From Mobula hypostoma (Eukaryota): a DNA stretch of 64,000 bases. Both the position numbers and the translations under genes were made by a program. Shown here one piece after another: positions 25,043 to 35,400 of this stretch (the stretch's first letter is position 1; each line of letters opens with the position of its first letter). The stretch covers positions 76,634,001-76,698,000 of the forward strand of contig NC_086108.1 in NCBI RefSeq assembly GCF_963921235.1, read 5' to 3'. The notes beneath the pieces were generated by a model. The model saw only the letters and a list, made by a program, of their open reading frames with translations, was not told where the DNA came from and searched no databases.

Positions 25043-26460
25043 CAGTGCCTATAAAAAGTATTCACCCTCCCCCCCCGGAAGTTTTCAAATTTTATTGTTT
25101 TACAACATTGAATCACAATGGATTTAATTTGGCTTTTTTTTGGAGACCTGTGTGCAGTCAAGGTGCTTCAATTGATAGTAGTAAAAATACACCTGTATCT
25201 GGAAGGTCCAACTGCTGGTGAGTCAGTACCCTGGCAAAAACTATACCATGAAGACAAAAGACCACTCCAAGTAACCTGTGAAAAGGTTATTGAAAAGCCC
25301 AAGTCAGGAGATGGATACAAGAAAATTTCCAGGTCACTAAATATCCCTTGGAGTACAGTTACGTCAATCATCAAGAAATAGAACAAATATGGCACAGCTG
25401 TAAATCTGCCTACGGCAGGCCATCCTCGAAGACTGAGCGACCATGCAGGAAGGGGACTAGTGAGGGAGGCCACTCAGAGACTTATGACAATTCTGGAGGA
25501 GTTACAGGCTTCAGTGGCTGAGATGGGAGAGACTGCACATACAACAACTGTTGCCTTGGTGCTTCATCAGTCACAGCTTTATGGGAGAGTGGCAAAGAGA
25601 AAGCCACTGTTGAAAAAAACTCACATGAAATCTCAACTAGAGTTTGCCAGAAGGCAGCAGGGAGACTCTGAAGTCAGCTGGAAGAAGGTTCTATGGTCTG
25701 ATTAAACCAAAATTGAGCTTTTTGGCCATCAGATTAAATGCTATGTTTGGCACAAGCCAAATTCCATGCATACTCAAAAACACACCATCCCTACTGTGAA
25801 GCATGGTGGTGGCTGCATCATGCTGTGGGGATGCTTCACTGCAGCAGGCCCTGGAAGGCTTGTGAAGGTAGAGGGTAAAATGAATACAGGGAAATCCTGG
25901 AGGAAAACCTGATGCAGTCTGCAAGAGAACTGCAATTTAGGAGAAGATTTGTTTTTCAGCAAGGTAATGACCCCAAGCATAAAGACAAAGTTAAAAACAA
26001 CAAAGTTAATGTCCTGGAGTGGTCAAGTCACTCCAGACTTGAATCTAATTGAGAATTTGTGGCTAGACTTGAAAAGGGCTGTTCACTCATGATCCCCATG
26101 CAATCTGACAGAGTTTGAACAGTTCTGTAAAGAAGAATGGGAAAAAATTGTAGTGTTCAGATGTGCAAAGCTGGTAGAGACCTAGCCACACAGACTCAAG
26201 GCTATAATTGCTGCCAAGGGTGCATCTACTAAATACTGACTTGAAGGGGGTGAATACTTATGCAATCAATTATTTTGTGTTTTATATTTATAATTAATTT
26301 TGACCACTTTATAGAGATCTGTTTTCACTTTGACACAAAAGTGTCTTTTTCCGCTGATCAGTGTCAAAAAGACCAAATTAATTCCGCTATGATTCAATGT
26401 TGTAAAATAATAAAACATTAAAACTTCTGGGGGGGTGGTGAATTCTTTTTATAGATACTG
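25043..26460 (+). mobile_element. Tc1/mariner DNA transposon (Tc1 DD34E type), defective
   Basis: TIRs CAGTGCCTATAAAAAGTATTCACC / GGTGAATTCTTTTTATAGATACTG, TA at right flank (TG at left); about 95 bp of extended TIR similarity; inner repeat GGGGGTGAATACTT near 26250. Confidence 0.95.
25248..26239 (+). pseudogene. Tc1 transposase pseudogene
   Basis: ATG 25248 MKTKD..; GYKKISRSLNIPWSTV (HTH), KRKPLL, VLWSD, TVKHGGGCIMLWGCF, FQQGNDPKH, IENLW, AAKGASTKY* at 26239; several stops and frameshifts. Confidence 0.92.
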
Positions 26461-27024
26461 TATACATTAGTCAAGATTTTTCCCTGAGGAAACTATGCTA
26501 ACTATGGCCTATTTTATTATGTGCCTCCAAGTACCCCGAAACCACATCCTTAACAATTGACTCCAACCACTGAAGTCTGACTCACCGGTGTATAATTTCT
26601 TTTCATCTGCCTCTTTCCCTTCTTGAAGAGTGGAGTGACATTTGCAAGTTTCCAGTCCTCTGGAACCATTCCAGAATCTAGTGATTCTTGAAGGATTATT
26701 ACTAATGCCTCCAAAATTTCTTCAGGTACCTCCTTCAGAACCCTGGGGTGTGGTCTATCTGGTCCAAGTGACTTAAAGCATGTACCATCAGACCTTTCCA
26801 CTCCCAAGCATTTCTCCTTAGTAATAGCAACTATGCTCACTTTTGTTATCCTCTTTACTTTTATTGGCTAGCTTTCCTTCATATTTCATCTTTATCTCCG
26901 TTTGGCATTTTGGTTGCCTTCTGTTGGCTTTTAAAAAGCTTCCCAATCCCCTAACTTCCCACTACTTTTTGCTATATTATATGCCTTCTCTTTTCTTTTT
27001 ATGCTGTCTTTGACTTCCCTTGAC

Positions 27025-27270
27025 AGCCACCTGTCCAGCTCTTGGCTCCATCCCTCCCCCTCCTATCTTCTCCTATCATTTTGGATCTCCCCCTCCCCCT
27101 CCCACTTTCAAATCTCTTACTAGCTCTTCCTTCCATTAGTCCTGACGAAGGGTCTCGGCCTGAAACGTCAACTGTACCTCTTCCTGGAGATGCTGCCTGG
27201 CCTGCTGCGTTCACCAGCAAATTTGATGTGTGTTGCTTGAATTTCCAGCATCTGCAGAATTCCTCGTGTT
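27025..27270 (+). mobile_element. Solo Penelope pLTR inserted in CR1
   Basis: Pyrimidine-rich segment, then hammerhead motif, then GATGCTGCCTGGCCTGCTG...TTTCCAGCATCTGCAG; CR1 sequence resumes on both sides. Confidence 0.85.
27137..27174 (+). ncRNA. Minimal type-I hammerhead ribozyme motif (Penelope pLTR-associated)
   Basis: TAGTC-CTGACGA(27142-48)-A-GGGTCTCGGCCT-GAAACGTC(27162-69)-AACTG: catalytic core intact, one stem-I mismatch. Confidence 0.75.
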
Positions 27271-29467
27271 ATTGTTGTGATATCCTCCCTTTAAAATACT
27301 TCTTCGTTGGGATGTATCTATCCTGCATCTTCTGAAATCCTCCCTGAAACACTAGCCATCATCACTGCTAGTATCCCCTAACAATCAACTTTGGCCAGCT
27401 CCTCTCTCATGCCTCTGTAATTCCCTTTACTGCACTGTAATATTGATACATCTGACTTTATCTTCTCTCTCTCAAACTGCAGGGTAAACTCTATCATATT
27501 ATGATCACTGTTTCCTAAGTGTTCCTTTACCTTAAGCTCCCTAATGAAATCTGGTTCATAACACAGCGCCCAATCCAGAATTGCCTTTACCCTCCTGGAC
27601 TCAACTACAAGCTGTTCTAAAAAGCCATCTTGTAGGCATTCTACCAAGTCCCTTTCTTGGATTCAGCACCAACCTGATTCGCCCAATATATCTGCATATT
27701 AAAATCCCCCATGACTATTGTAACTTTGCATTTTTATGTGCCTTTTCTATCTCCCATTGTGTATCCCACATTCTAGCTACTGTTCAGAAGCCTGTATATT
27801 ACTCCCACCAGGGTTTTTTATCTTGCGGTTTCTTAACTCTACACACAAGGATTCTACATCTTTTGATCCTATGCCACCTCTTTCTAAGGGTTTGATTTCA
27901 TTTTTTACTAACAGAGCCACCCCACCCCCCTTGCTTATCTGCCAGTTATTTTGACGCAATACAATGTGTATCCTTGGATGTTAAGCTCACCACTTTGATC
28001 TTCTTTCAGCCACAACACAGTGATGACCGCAATGTTGTACCTGCCAATCTCTAACAGTGCTACAAGATCATCTACTTTATCCTGTATACTGTGTGCATTC
28101 AAATAGAACGCATCCAGTCCTGTATTCATCACTCTTTTCAATTTTGCCACCGTATTGCACTCCCACTGAATGCAATTTTGCCCTGTCATCTGTCTGTCCT
28201 TCCTCTAAGTCTCACTACACTCTGGATCTACTTGTACTGTATATCAACTGCTGAATCCTCAGCCTTATAACTCCAGTTCCCATTCCCCTGTCAAATTAGT
28301 TCAAGCCCTCCCCAACAACCCCAGCAAACCTGCCCTTAAGGATCTTGGTCACCCTCATGTCCAGGTGTAACCTGTCCTTTTGCATACCTTCCCCAGAAGA
28401 GATCTCAATGATCCAGAAATCGGAAACCCTGTAACAATTCTTCAATTTTCAGCCATTCATTCATTTTATCCTCATTGGGGCAGGTAGCAATCCAAAGGTT
28501 GCCGCCCTGGTGGTCCAGCTTTCCAGTTTTCTACCTAACTCCCTATGTTTTTCTTTAGGAGCTGGGCTAATTAAGAAAGACTTGAGGAGTGTTGAGGAAA
28601 TGATAGGAATATGGGTGGCCAGCCCTTTAAGTCACCTGTGTCTGCTATGTTCCTGAAATAAATCATGCAAACATCAAATCCTTGACAATAACAGTTGGAA
28701 TAATAAAACTTGGATGGTAGAAACCAGTCTCAATATTGGATTTGTCAATGACCAAACCACACCTCACCCAGTCAATTGAGAAACATTCTCCTCACTTATA
28801 CCTGGTGTGCACCAAAGTTGGGAGAGCTGTTCTACAAGTTACACCTTCAGCCAATTCCCTAGACTTCACAAAGGAGATTCTAGGGTAAGATGTGTCCCAC
28901 CAGAAGAACACATTAAACAATTGTGGTAGCATAGTGGAATACAGTCAGCAAGAATGCAAATTAAGTATGAAACTTCAACAATTAGAGATCCTTTTTTTTG
29001 TTGTTGTATCAAAATCATGTAACTGCTTATGTACTTTCATCAGACCACCACTTTCTTCACAGTAATAACCAGTGAGTTATAAATACAGGTCTAGCTAATG
29101 ATATCTAAAGTTCACAGAAAATCTTACAAATAATTACAGTTCTATGGCCAGGCCTTTGCCACCAGCAGCATCCATGAAAGGTGGAAATAATATTTTTGAA
29201 AGGAATAGTTGCATTCCTTTCAATATTGAGGATTCTTAATATGAATAGGTTTGAGGAATCCTTCATGAACCAAAGTGAATTTATAGCATTTAATATGTGT
29301 CTGCAATGTATGTTGTTCAATTTGATATCAATTTATAAAGTCCAGGTATATAACGATTTATAAGATTGTGAAATGGCTTGGTTCTATGACAGTTCATTAT
29401 CGCATTTTATTAGAGTGCATGTAATAAAAGCAACTTGCAATCTGTGTTGAGCTTTATACACTAAAAT

Positions 29468-30712
29468 GCCAAGTAATCCCCGGACTCTCACAGCTACCTG
29501 GACTATACCTCTTCTCACCCTGTTACTTGTAAAAACACCATCTGCTTCTCTCAATTCCTCCGTCTCTACTGCATCTGCTCTCAGGATGGGGCTTTTCATT
29601 CCAGAACGGAGTAGATGTCCTCCTTTTCAAAGAAAGGGGTTTCCCTTCCTCCACCATCAATGCTGCCCACAACTTCATCTCTTCCATTTTGTGCACATCT
29701 GTCTTCACCCTATCCTCTCGCCACCTGACCAGAGATAGGGTTCCTCTTGATCTCACCTACCACCCCACCATCCTCTGCATCCAGCACATAATTCTTCGTA
29801 ACTTCCACCATATCCAGTGGGAACCCGCCACCAAGCATACCTTTCCCTCTCCCCTACTTTCTTCTTTCCGCAAGGAGCGCTGCCTGTGTGACTCCCATGT
29901 CCATTTGAACCTGCCCACTAATCTCCCTCCCAGCACTTATCCTTGCAAGCAGAACAAGTGCTACACCTGCCCCTACACCTCCTCCCTCACTATCATTCAG
30001 GGCCCCAAATAGTCTTTTCAGGTGAGGTGACACTTCACCTGTGAGTCTGTTGGGGTCATCTACTGTGTTTGGTGCTCCTGGTGTGACCTCCTGTATATCG
30101 GTGAGACCCGACGTAGGTTGGGAGACCACTTCCCCCAAGCACCTGCGCTCCGTCCACCACAAAAAATGGGATCTCCCAGTAGCCACCCATTTTAGTTCCA
30201 CTTCCCATTCCCCTTCCAACATGTCAGTGTACGGCCTCCTCTACTGCCGCAGTAAGGCCATCCTCAGGCTGGAGGAGTATATTCTGGCTGGGTATCCTCC
30301 CACCTGATGCCATGAACATTGATTTGTTGAACATCTGCTAATACCTCGCCCCCTCACCATTCCCCATTCCCATTTCCCTCTCTCACCTTATCTCCTTACC
30401 TGCCCGTCACCTCCCTCTGATGTTCCTCTCCCTTCCCTTTCTTCCATGGCCTTCTGTCCTCTCCTATTGGATTTTCCCTTCTCCAGCTCTTTAATTCCTT
30501 CACCAATCGACTTCCCAGCCCCTTACTTCACCCCTCCCCCTCTCCCCTTTCACCTATCACCTACGACATTGTATTTCTTCTTCCCCTCCCCCACCTTCTT
30601 ACTCTGACTTCTCATCCTTTTTCTCCTGTTCTGATGAACAGACTCAGACCTTCCTCTTTTCCATAGAAGCCACCTGGCCTGCTGAGTTCCTCCAGCATTT
30701 AGTGTGTGTTGA
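29468..30712 (+). mobile_element. Penelope-like retroelement, 5'-truncated (RT thumb, GIY-YIG endonuclease, pLTR)
   Basis: DSHSYLDYTSSHPVTCKN...FSQFLRL, RVPLDLTYHP, CKQNKCYTCP, FTCESVGVIYCVWCSWCDLLYIGETRRRLGDHF (GIY-YIG), VATHF, then pLTR with CTGATGA at 30631. Confidence 0.92.
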
Positions 30713-32544
30713 AAGTGAAAGGTAATCATGCTTCATCAGTGGAACATCAGTTCTGAATGATTTTGGCGCATTTTTACTCATGGGAAGGTTTAAATATCAA
30801 AGGAACGGAAATAATCTGAGGTACCTGCAATTGAGGGGCAACCACTACAGAATGTTAAAGTATTTCCTCTAATAATAAATGCACTGTTTAATAACACCAT
30901 CTACCCCAACCCCACCCCTAGCCAATAATAACACCTCAACCAAAAATAGCGCCTTTCACTGCCCATGTACGGTATTTCAACTGCCCTTCACTGCCATACC
31001 ATACACTCTATAGAAGCACTGCTGTCAAACAGATTTGTGTGTGTATATTCATTTTAAGGATGTCTGCTTTCTTTCGAAACCAAAGAGTTATTTTTCAATC
31101 AACTATTTCTGAGAGTAATAAAACATAATTCCTTGGTAACTACAAATTGAATGTTCTTAATTAACTTAATTCCCTTTAGAATTAATTATTGGGTACTGAC
31201 TACCTTTAATTTTGTAACGCATTTATATTTGGCATTGTATGTGACCAGTTCATTTATTGTGTTACTTCTATTAACTTCTGCGGTGGGCCTTTGGTATCAT
31301 TGGAAATATGCAGGCCTGTTTGAAATAATTTATTTTTACTTGAAGTCTTTCCTTGTTGGGGTCAACAGGGAGGCTGTGTTTTGATTACAGGTCCTATCAG
31401 TAGTGTTAGGCTTATCCAGCTGACTGCTCTCTCAGCATCATGTGGCAGGCTCCCACATCTGCTGTTCAATGATACAGATATTGTTTTTCTCTCCATGGTG
31501 GTTACTCTTGAGATAATGACTATTGACCCTTGACCTCTCAAGTCGAGCTCTAATCTTGTTGTGACTATGTAGCAGGTGCCTAAAGGGAAGGTTGGGGGGG
31601 GGGTGGTAGGATGTGCATGTTAGGGATTAGTGGGATGAGGTTTTTGGCATGGTGGAGACATGTGTGCACATGTTTACATATATATGCGGGGGAGTACAGG
31701 AGGTTGGGATGCTCATCCTGCAAGAACAATGGTTGCTACTTTTCCAAAGCTGTCATTTCATGAAGGATTTTCCCAGTCAGGCAGAAAGAAGCTTAGTAAC
31801 ATCAAGGCTTGGTATGTCAAATAATCAAAAAAAAAACCATTTCTTCTTTTTTTTCTGCACTAAAAACAAGCTGTGTTCAGTCAGCAGTAAGGAAAGAGGT
31901 TTTCATTTAAGCCAGTGACACGGAATAATAAATAATTTGAATAGCTCTCTGCTTCTGTTCTTTCTTTTAGCTCCCACCACAGTTTCCAAGTTCAGTATAT
32001 TGCAAATAACCCTGCTAGCATTAGTCTGCTGTTAAGGAGGCTGCGGTCTGAGGTTTTATTCTCGTCCAGTAAGACTGGAATTCTATCATTGCAAATCAAT
32101 GGGCAATGAAGAGAGGCTAAAAGTGCTCAATCTGTTTTCATTGTGCTAAATGTTGGTGGTTGAGAGTTAAAGGGTGGGGTTTTGGTGGTTGGTCTTTGGA
32201 GTGATTTCTCATTCCTCATTTGCCTCATCTCCGGTGATGAAAGCCTCAACATTTTAGGCTAGCTTTCCAAGGGATGCTGCTTGCTTGCTAATAACATACC
32301 ATTTTATTCACAAGCTATCCAACAATGTAGGCACCTGAACCAAGGTTGAAACTAACTCACCAAAAGATCCTTAACATATCCTGTTTTCATTAAATCCCCA
32401 GATAGTGGATAATCATCAGGGAGGGGAAGTTTTGACTTCAGATATACTAAATTCAATTACAATGGCTTTACAACTGGCATTGCTGAGATCAGCATGCTTA
32501 GAATTTCACTTCACAATGGCAAACTATAACCTGAAACATTAACA

Positions 32545-32680
32545 GGAGAAAGTCTGCAGATGCTGGAAATCCAAAGCAACACACACACAAAATTATGGGG
32601 GAACTCAGCAGGCCAGGCAGCATCTATGGAAATGAATAGATGGTCGACGTTTCTGGCTGAGACCCTTCTTCAGGACCGGG
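32545..32680 (-). mobile_element. Solo Penelope pLTR 3' end with hammerhead motif (32642-32677)
   Basis: rc reads GGTC-CTGAAGA-A-GGGTCTCAGCCA-GAAACGTC-GACC, followed by the family tail. Confidence 0.8.
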
Positions 32681-32819
32681 GGCCTGAAACATTCTCTGTT
32701 TCTCTCACTCTAAGGATATTCTACATTTTCTGTTTTTATTTTGGGATCTTCCTGGCTCACATGGGTAAGTTCCATTCTTTACACCATGTTTTCCATTTCA
32801 GCTGTTGCAATAGGAACTA

Positions 32820-33305
32820 CAGGCGTCCCCCACTTTACGAACGTTTGCTTTACGCCACTTCGCTTTTACGAAAGACCTACATTAGTACCTGTTTTTGCTA
32901 ACCAAAAGAGGATTTTCACTTTCACGAAAAAAGACACCTGCTTTAACCTTGTGTTTACCCCGAGAAAGACTACCATGACCGTGAAGCCTTGCGCGGGCAG
33001 GTGTGTGCGCATGCGTGTACCCAAATCTTCCGGATTCTGTTAAGTGAAACTACACTGTACATACATTATTTCTATTTTATATAGGCTGTGTATTTATCAT
33101 ATCATTCCTGCTTTTACTATATGTTAGTGTTATTTTAGGTTTTATGTGCTATTTGGTATGATTTGGAAGGTTATTTTTTGGGTCTGGGACCGCTAGAAAA
33201 ATTTTCCCATATAAATTAATGGTAATTGCTTCTTCGCTTTATGCCATTTTGGCTTATGAACGGTTTCATAGGAACACTGTACCTTCGGATAGTGGCGGAA
33301 ACCTG
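32820..33305. mobile_element. Non-autonomous Tigger/pogo-like MITE
   Basis: TIRs CAGGCGTCCCCCACTTTACGAA vs rc CAGGTTTCCGCCACTATCCGAA (17/22), TA at left flank (CA at right), no coding capacity. Confidence 0.75.
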
Positions 33306-33319
33306 CAGTTACATTGCAT

Positions 33320-33480
33320 GTTCAGGTGCCTACATTTGCAGTTTGTTGTTCATTGATCCTGTTTACAGTTACTGTTCTATAGATTTGTGAAGTATGCCCA
33401 CAGGAAAAAGAATCTCAGTATTGTATGTGGTGACATGTATGCACTCATATAATAAACTTTACTTTGAACTTAGAACTTTA
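33320..33480 (+). mobile_element. Rex1/Babar-like LINE 3' UTR
   Basis: Homologous to 40690-40855; ends ACTTTGAACTTAGAACTTT. Confidence 0.7.
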
Positions 33481-35164
33481 ATGTTTTGTTTGTAAATTAG
33501 TTATCACAATGTAAATTTATAAAATGTATATCACTAAAGGAGTTAATTTGCTCATGTTGCCATTATTGATATTACCTCATCAAATCATATCCTTTCATGT
33601 ATTTTCTATTCAGTTATTTATCTAATTTCCTTTAAAATGTGGTAATGACGACTTTTGAACCTTTTACGGTTCAACAATTCTCGACAAGAATAATGAGCAT
33701 TTATAGGAAACAAATGCAGGTCACTTGAAGAGAATGTAACAGGAGATTCTGAGCCATCGTGAAATACTGAAATATCATTTTGGTGCCAGAACGGATAGTG
33801 GATATAATGTAAGTTCTTCGCAAGAAGTAGACAGAAACTTGAGCTAGGTTGGGCAAAGGTCCTTTTCTAAGTTCTGTTTTAATATTATACAAATGTCATA
33901 AAATTAAAAAAAAACTGTTTTCATTTAATATCAGCAACATTTTTGCTGTCCATAAGGTTTCAAATTTATTTTTCCGTCACAACTGAAATTCTGCCAGGTT
34001 CAATAAAGAAATAACAAAGATAACAAAACTGCATTTTAGCTCTTCCTAACAACCAAACCTTAGGCTAACAGTTCTCTAAGTTCTTAAGTATGTGACATTC
34101 TCCACATTACCACAGTGATTACACCTTAAAATAGTTCATTTGCTTTGACCTGGTTTGGGACGTTCTGAGGTCATGAGGGGTGCGATATAAGTGTAGACTA
34201 ATTAAAAATTCTACACGTGTAACGAAAGTGGATGCCTGTTCTGAAGAATTCTGATAAAGCCTGCACAGTGTTAGTATTATTATCTTGCTGGTTAGTGATG
34301 TTTTTACAGCACTTTTTCTTCCCATGTTGCAGGTGTATCAGTTGCATTTTTATATAATAAATAATTCTGCAAAAGAAATACAACATTAATGTGAGAGAAT
34401 TTTGTGTTAGTAATGCCAAAAGGAATTGATAGTGAATTAATCTTATGTTTTATATTACACTCAATATGTTTTTCCCAAGTGCAAGGCAATTGAAAAAAAA
34501 TGGTTTACCAATTCATTTCATTTCTTTATGTACTGCCATTAGCTTTTTTCACCACAATGTTTTCCTCCAACTCAGTTATGACTGTGTTCTTAAAGTAACT
34601 GGCAACAAATATGCTGAAAGAACTTTATTAAAGGTTTCTTCTGTTGGATTCCTAATCAAATGCACTTTCAGGGCATCCAGAGCACATCAGCTTTTTTTTT
34701 CTCAATTATTACTCTCTGTTTTGTGGTTTTATTTCCTGGTCTAGCAGGAACAGTGAGTGCTCGGCCTTTGAGTGAGAAATTTGTGGTTTCAGGCCCCTTT
34801 CTTGGGAGGTAGATTGCTTAGTCCAGTATGGTGTTTCAGTGCTCTTTTCTTGGAGTTACTGTGCTCATTGACTGCAAACTGCTTTGGAGTGCTTTTTGGT
34901 TGCAAATGGCATGAAACAACTCCAAGCCTTTTTACTTGGCTGTGTATTGTTATCCCAGTGCTGTGGTACCAATATTAATCCCTTAATCAACACTATGTAA
35001 AAGGAATGAACTGGCTAACAGATTTATCTCATTCATGTTTTAAAAAAAAGTTGCAGCGTTCAAATTGGCTCTCAGATAGGTCAACAAAACAATATCCAAA
35101 TTGGCTGTTGCTCATGTTTACAAAGCAGCATTGATTTCACTAAAAAAAAATCGTAAACACTACA

Positions 35165-35400
35165 AATTCTGCAGTTGCTGGAAATCCAAAGCAACACACA
35201 CAAAATGCTGAAGGATCTCAGCAGGTAAAACAGCATCTATGGAGAAGAATAAACAGTTGACGTTTTGGGCCCAGACCCTTCTTCAGGCATATTTCAAAGT
35301 GCGTTTTACATTTATTTGCCCGACACAGTAGACTGTTTATTCATTTCCATAGGTTTCCCTGCCCTGCTGAGTTCCTCCAGAATTTTGTGTGTGTTGTTTC
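35165..35400. mobile_element. Inverted pair of Penelope pLTR 3' ends
   Basis: CAACACACACAAAATGCTG... arm and reverse arm ...CTCCAGAATTTTGTGTGTGTTG. Confidence 0.8.

Larger units (their letters stand above)
23871..28560 (-). mobile_element. Long degenerate CR1 LINE (end of ORF1, APE endonuclease, RT), with nested Tc1 and pLTR
   Basis: Minus-strand pieces FYLNAHSIQDKVDDL, GGGVALLVKN, LGNSDHNMIEF, VPEDWKLANVTPLFKKG, YINDLDD...VAKFVGDTKI (FADD variant), EMVQRKFTRMIPG; TATAAGACAT tail. Confidence 0.93.

Noticed and set aside
31971..33808. Isolated AG/GT pairs (31971-32068, 33742-33808) as exons
   Set aside because: Short, unrecognisable peptides; such pairs are expected by chance in 64 kb
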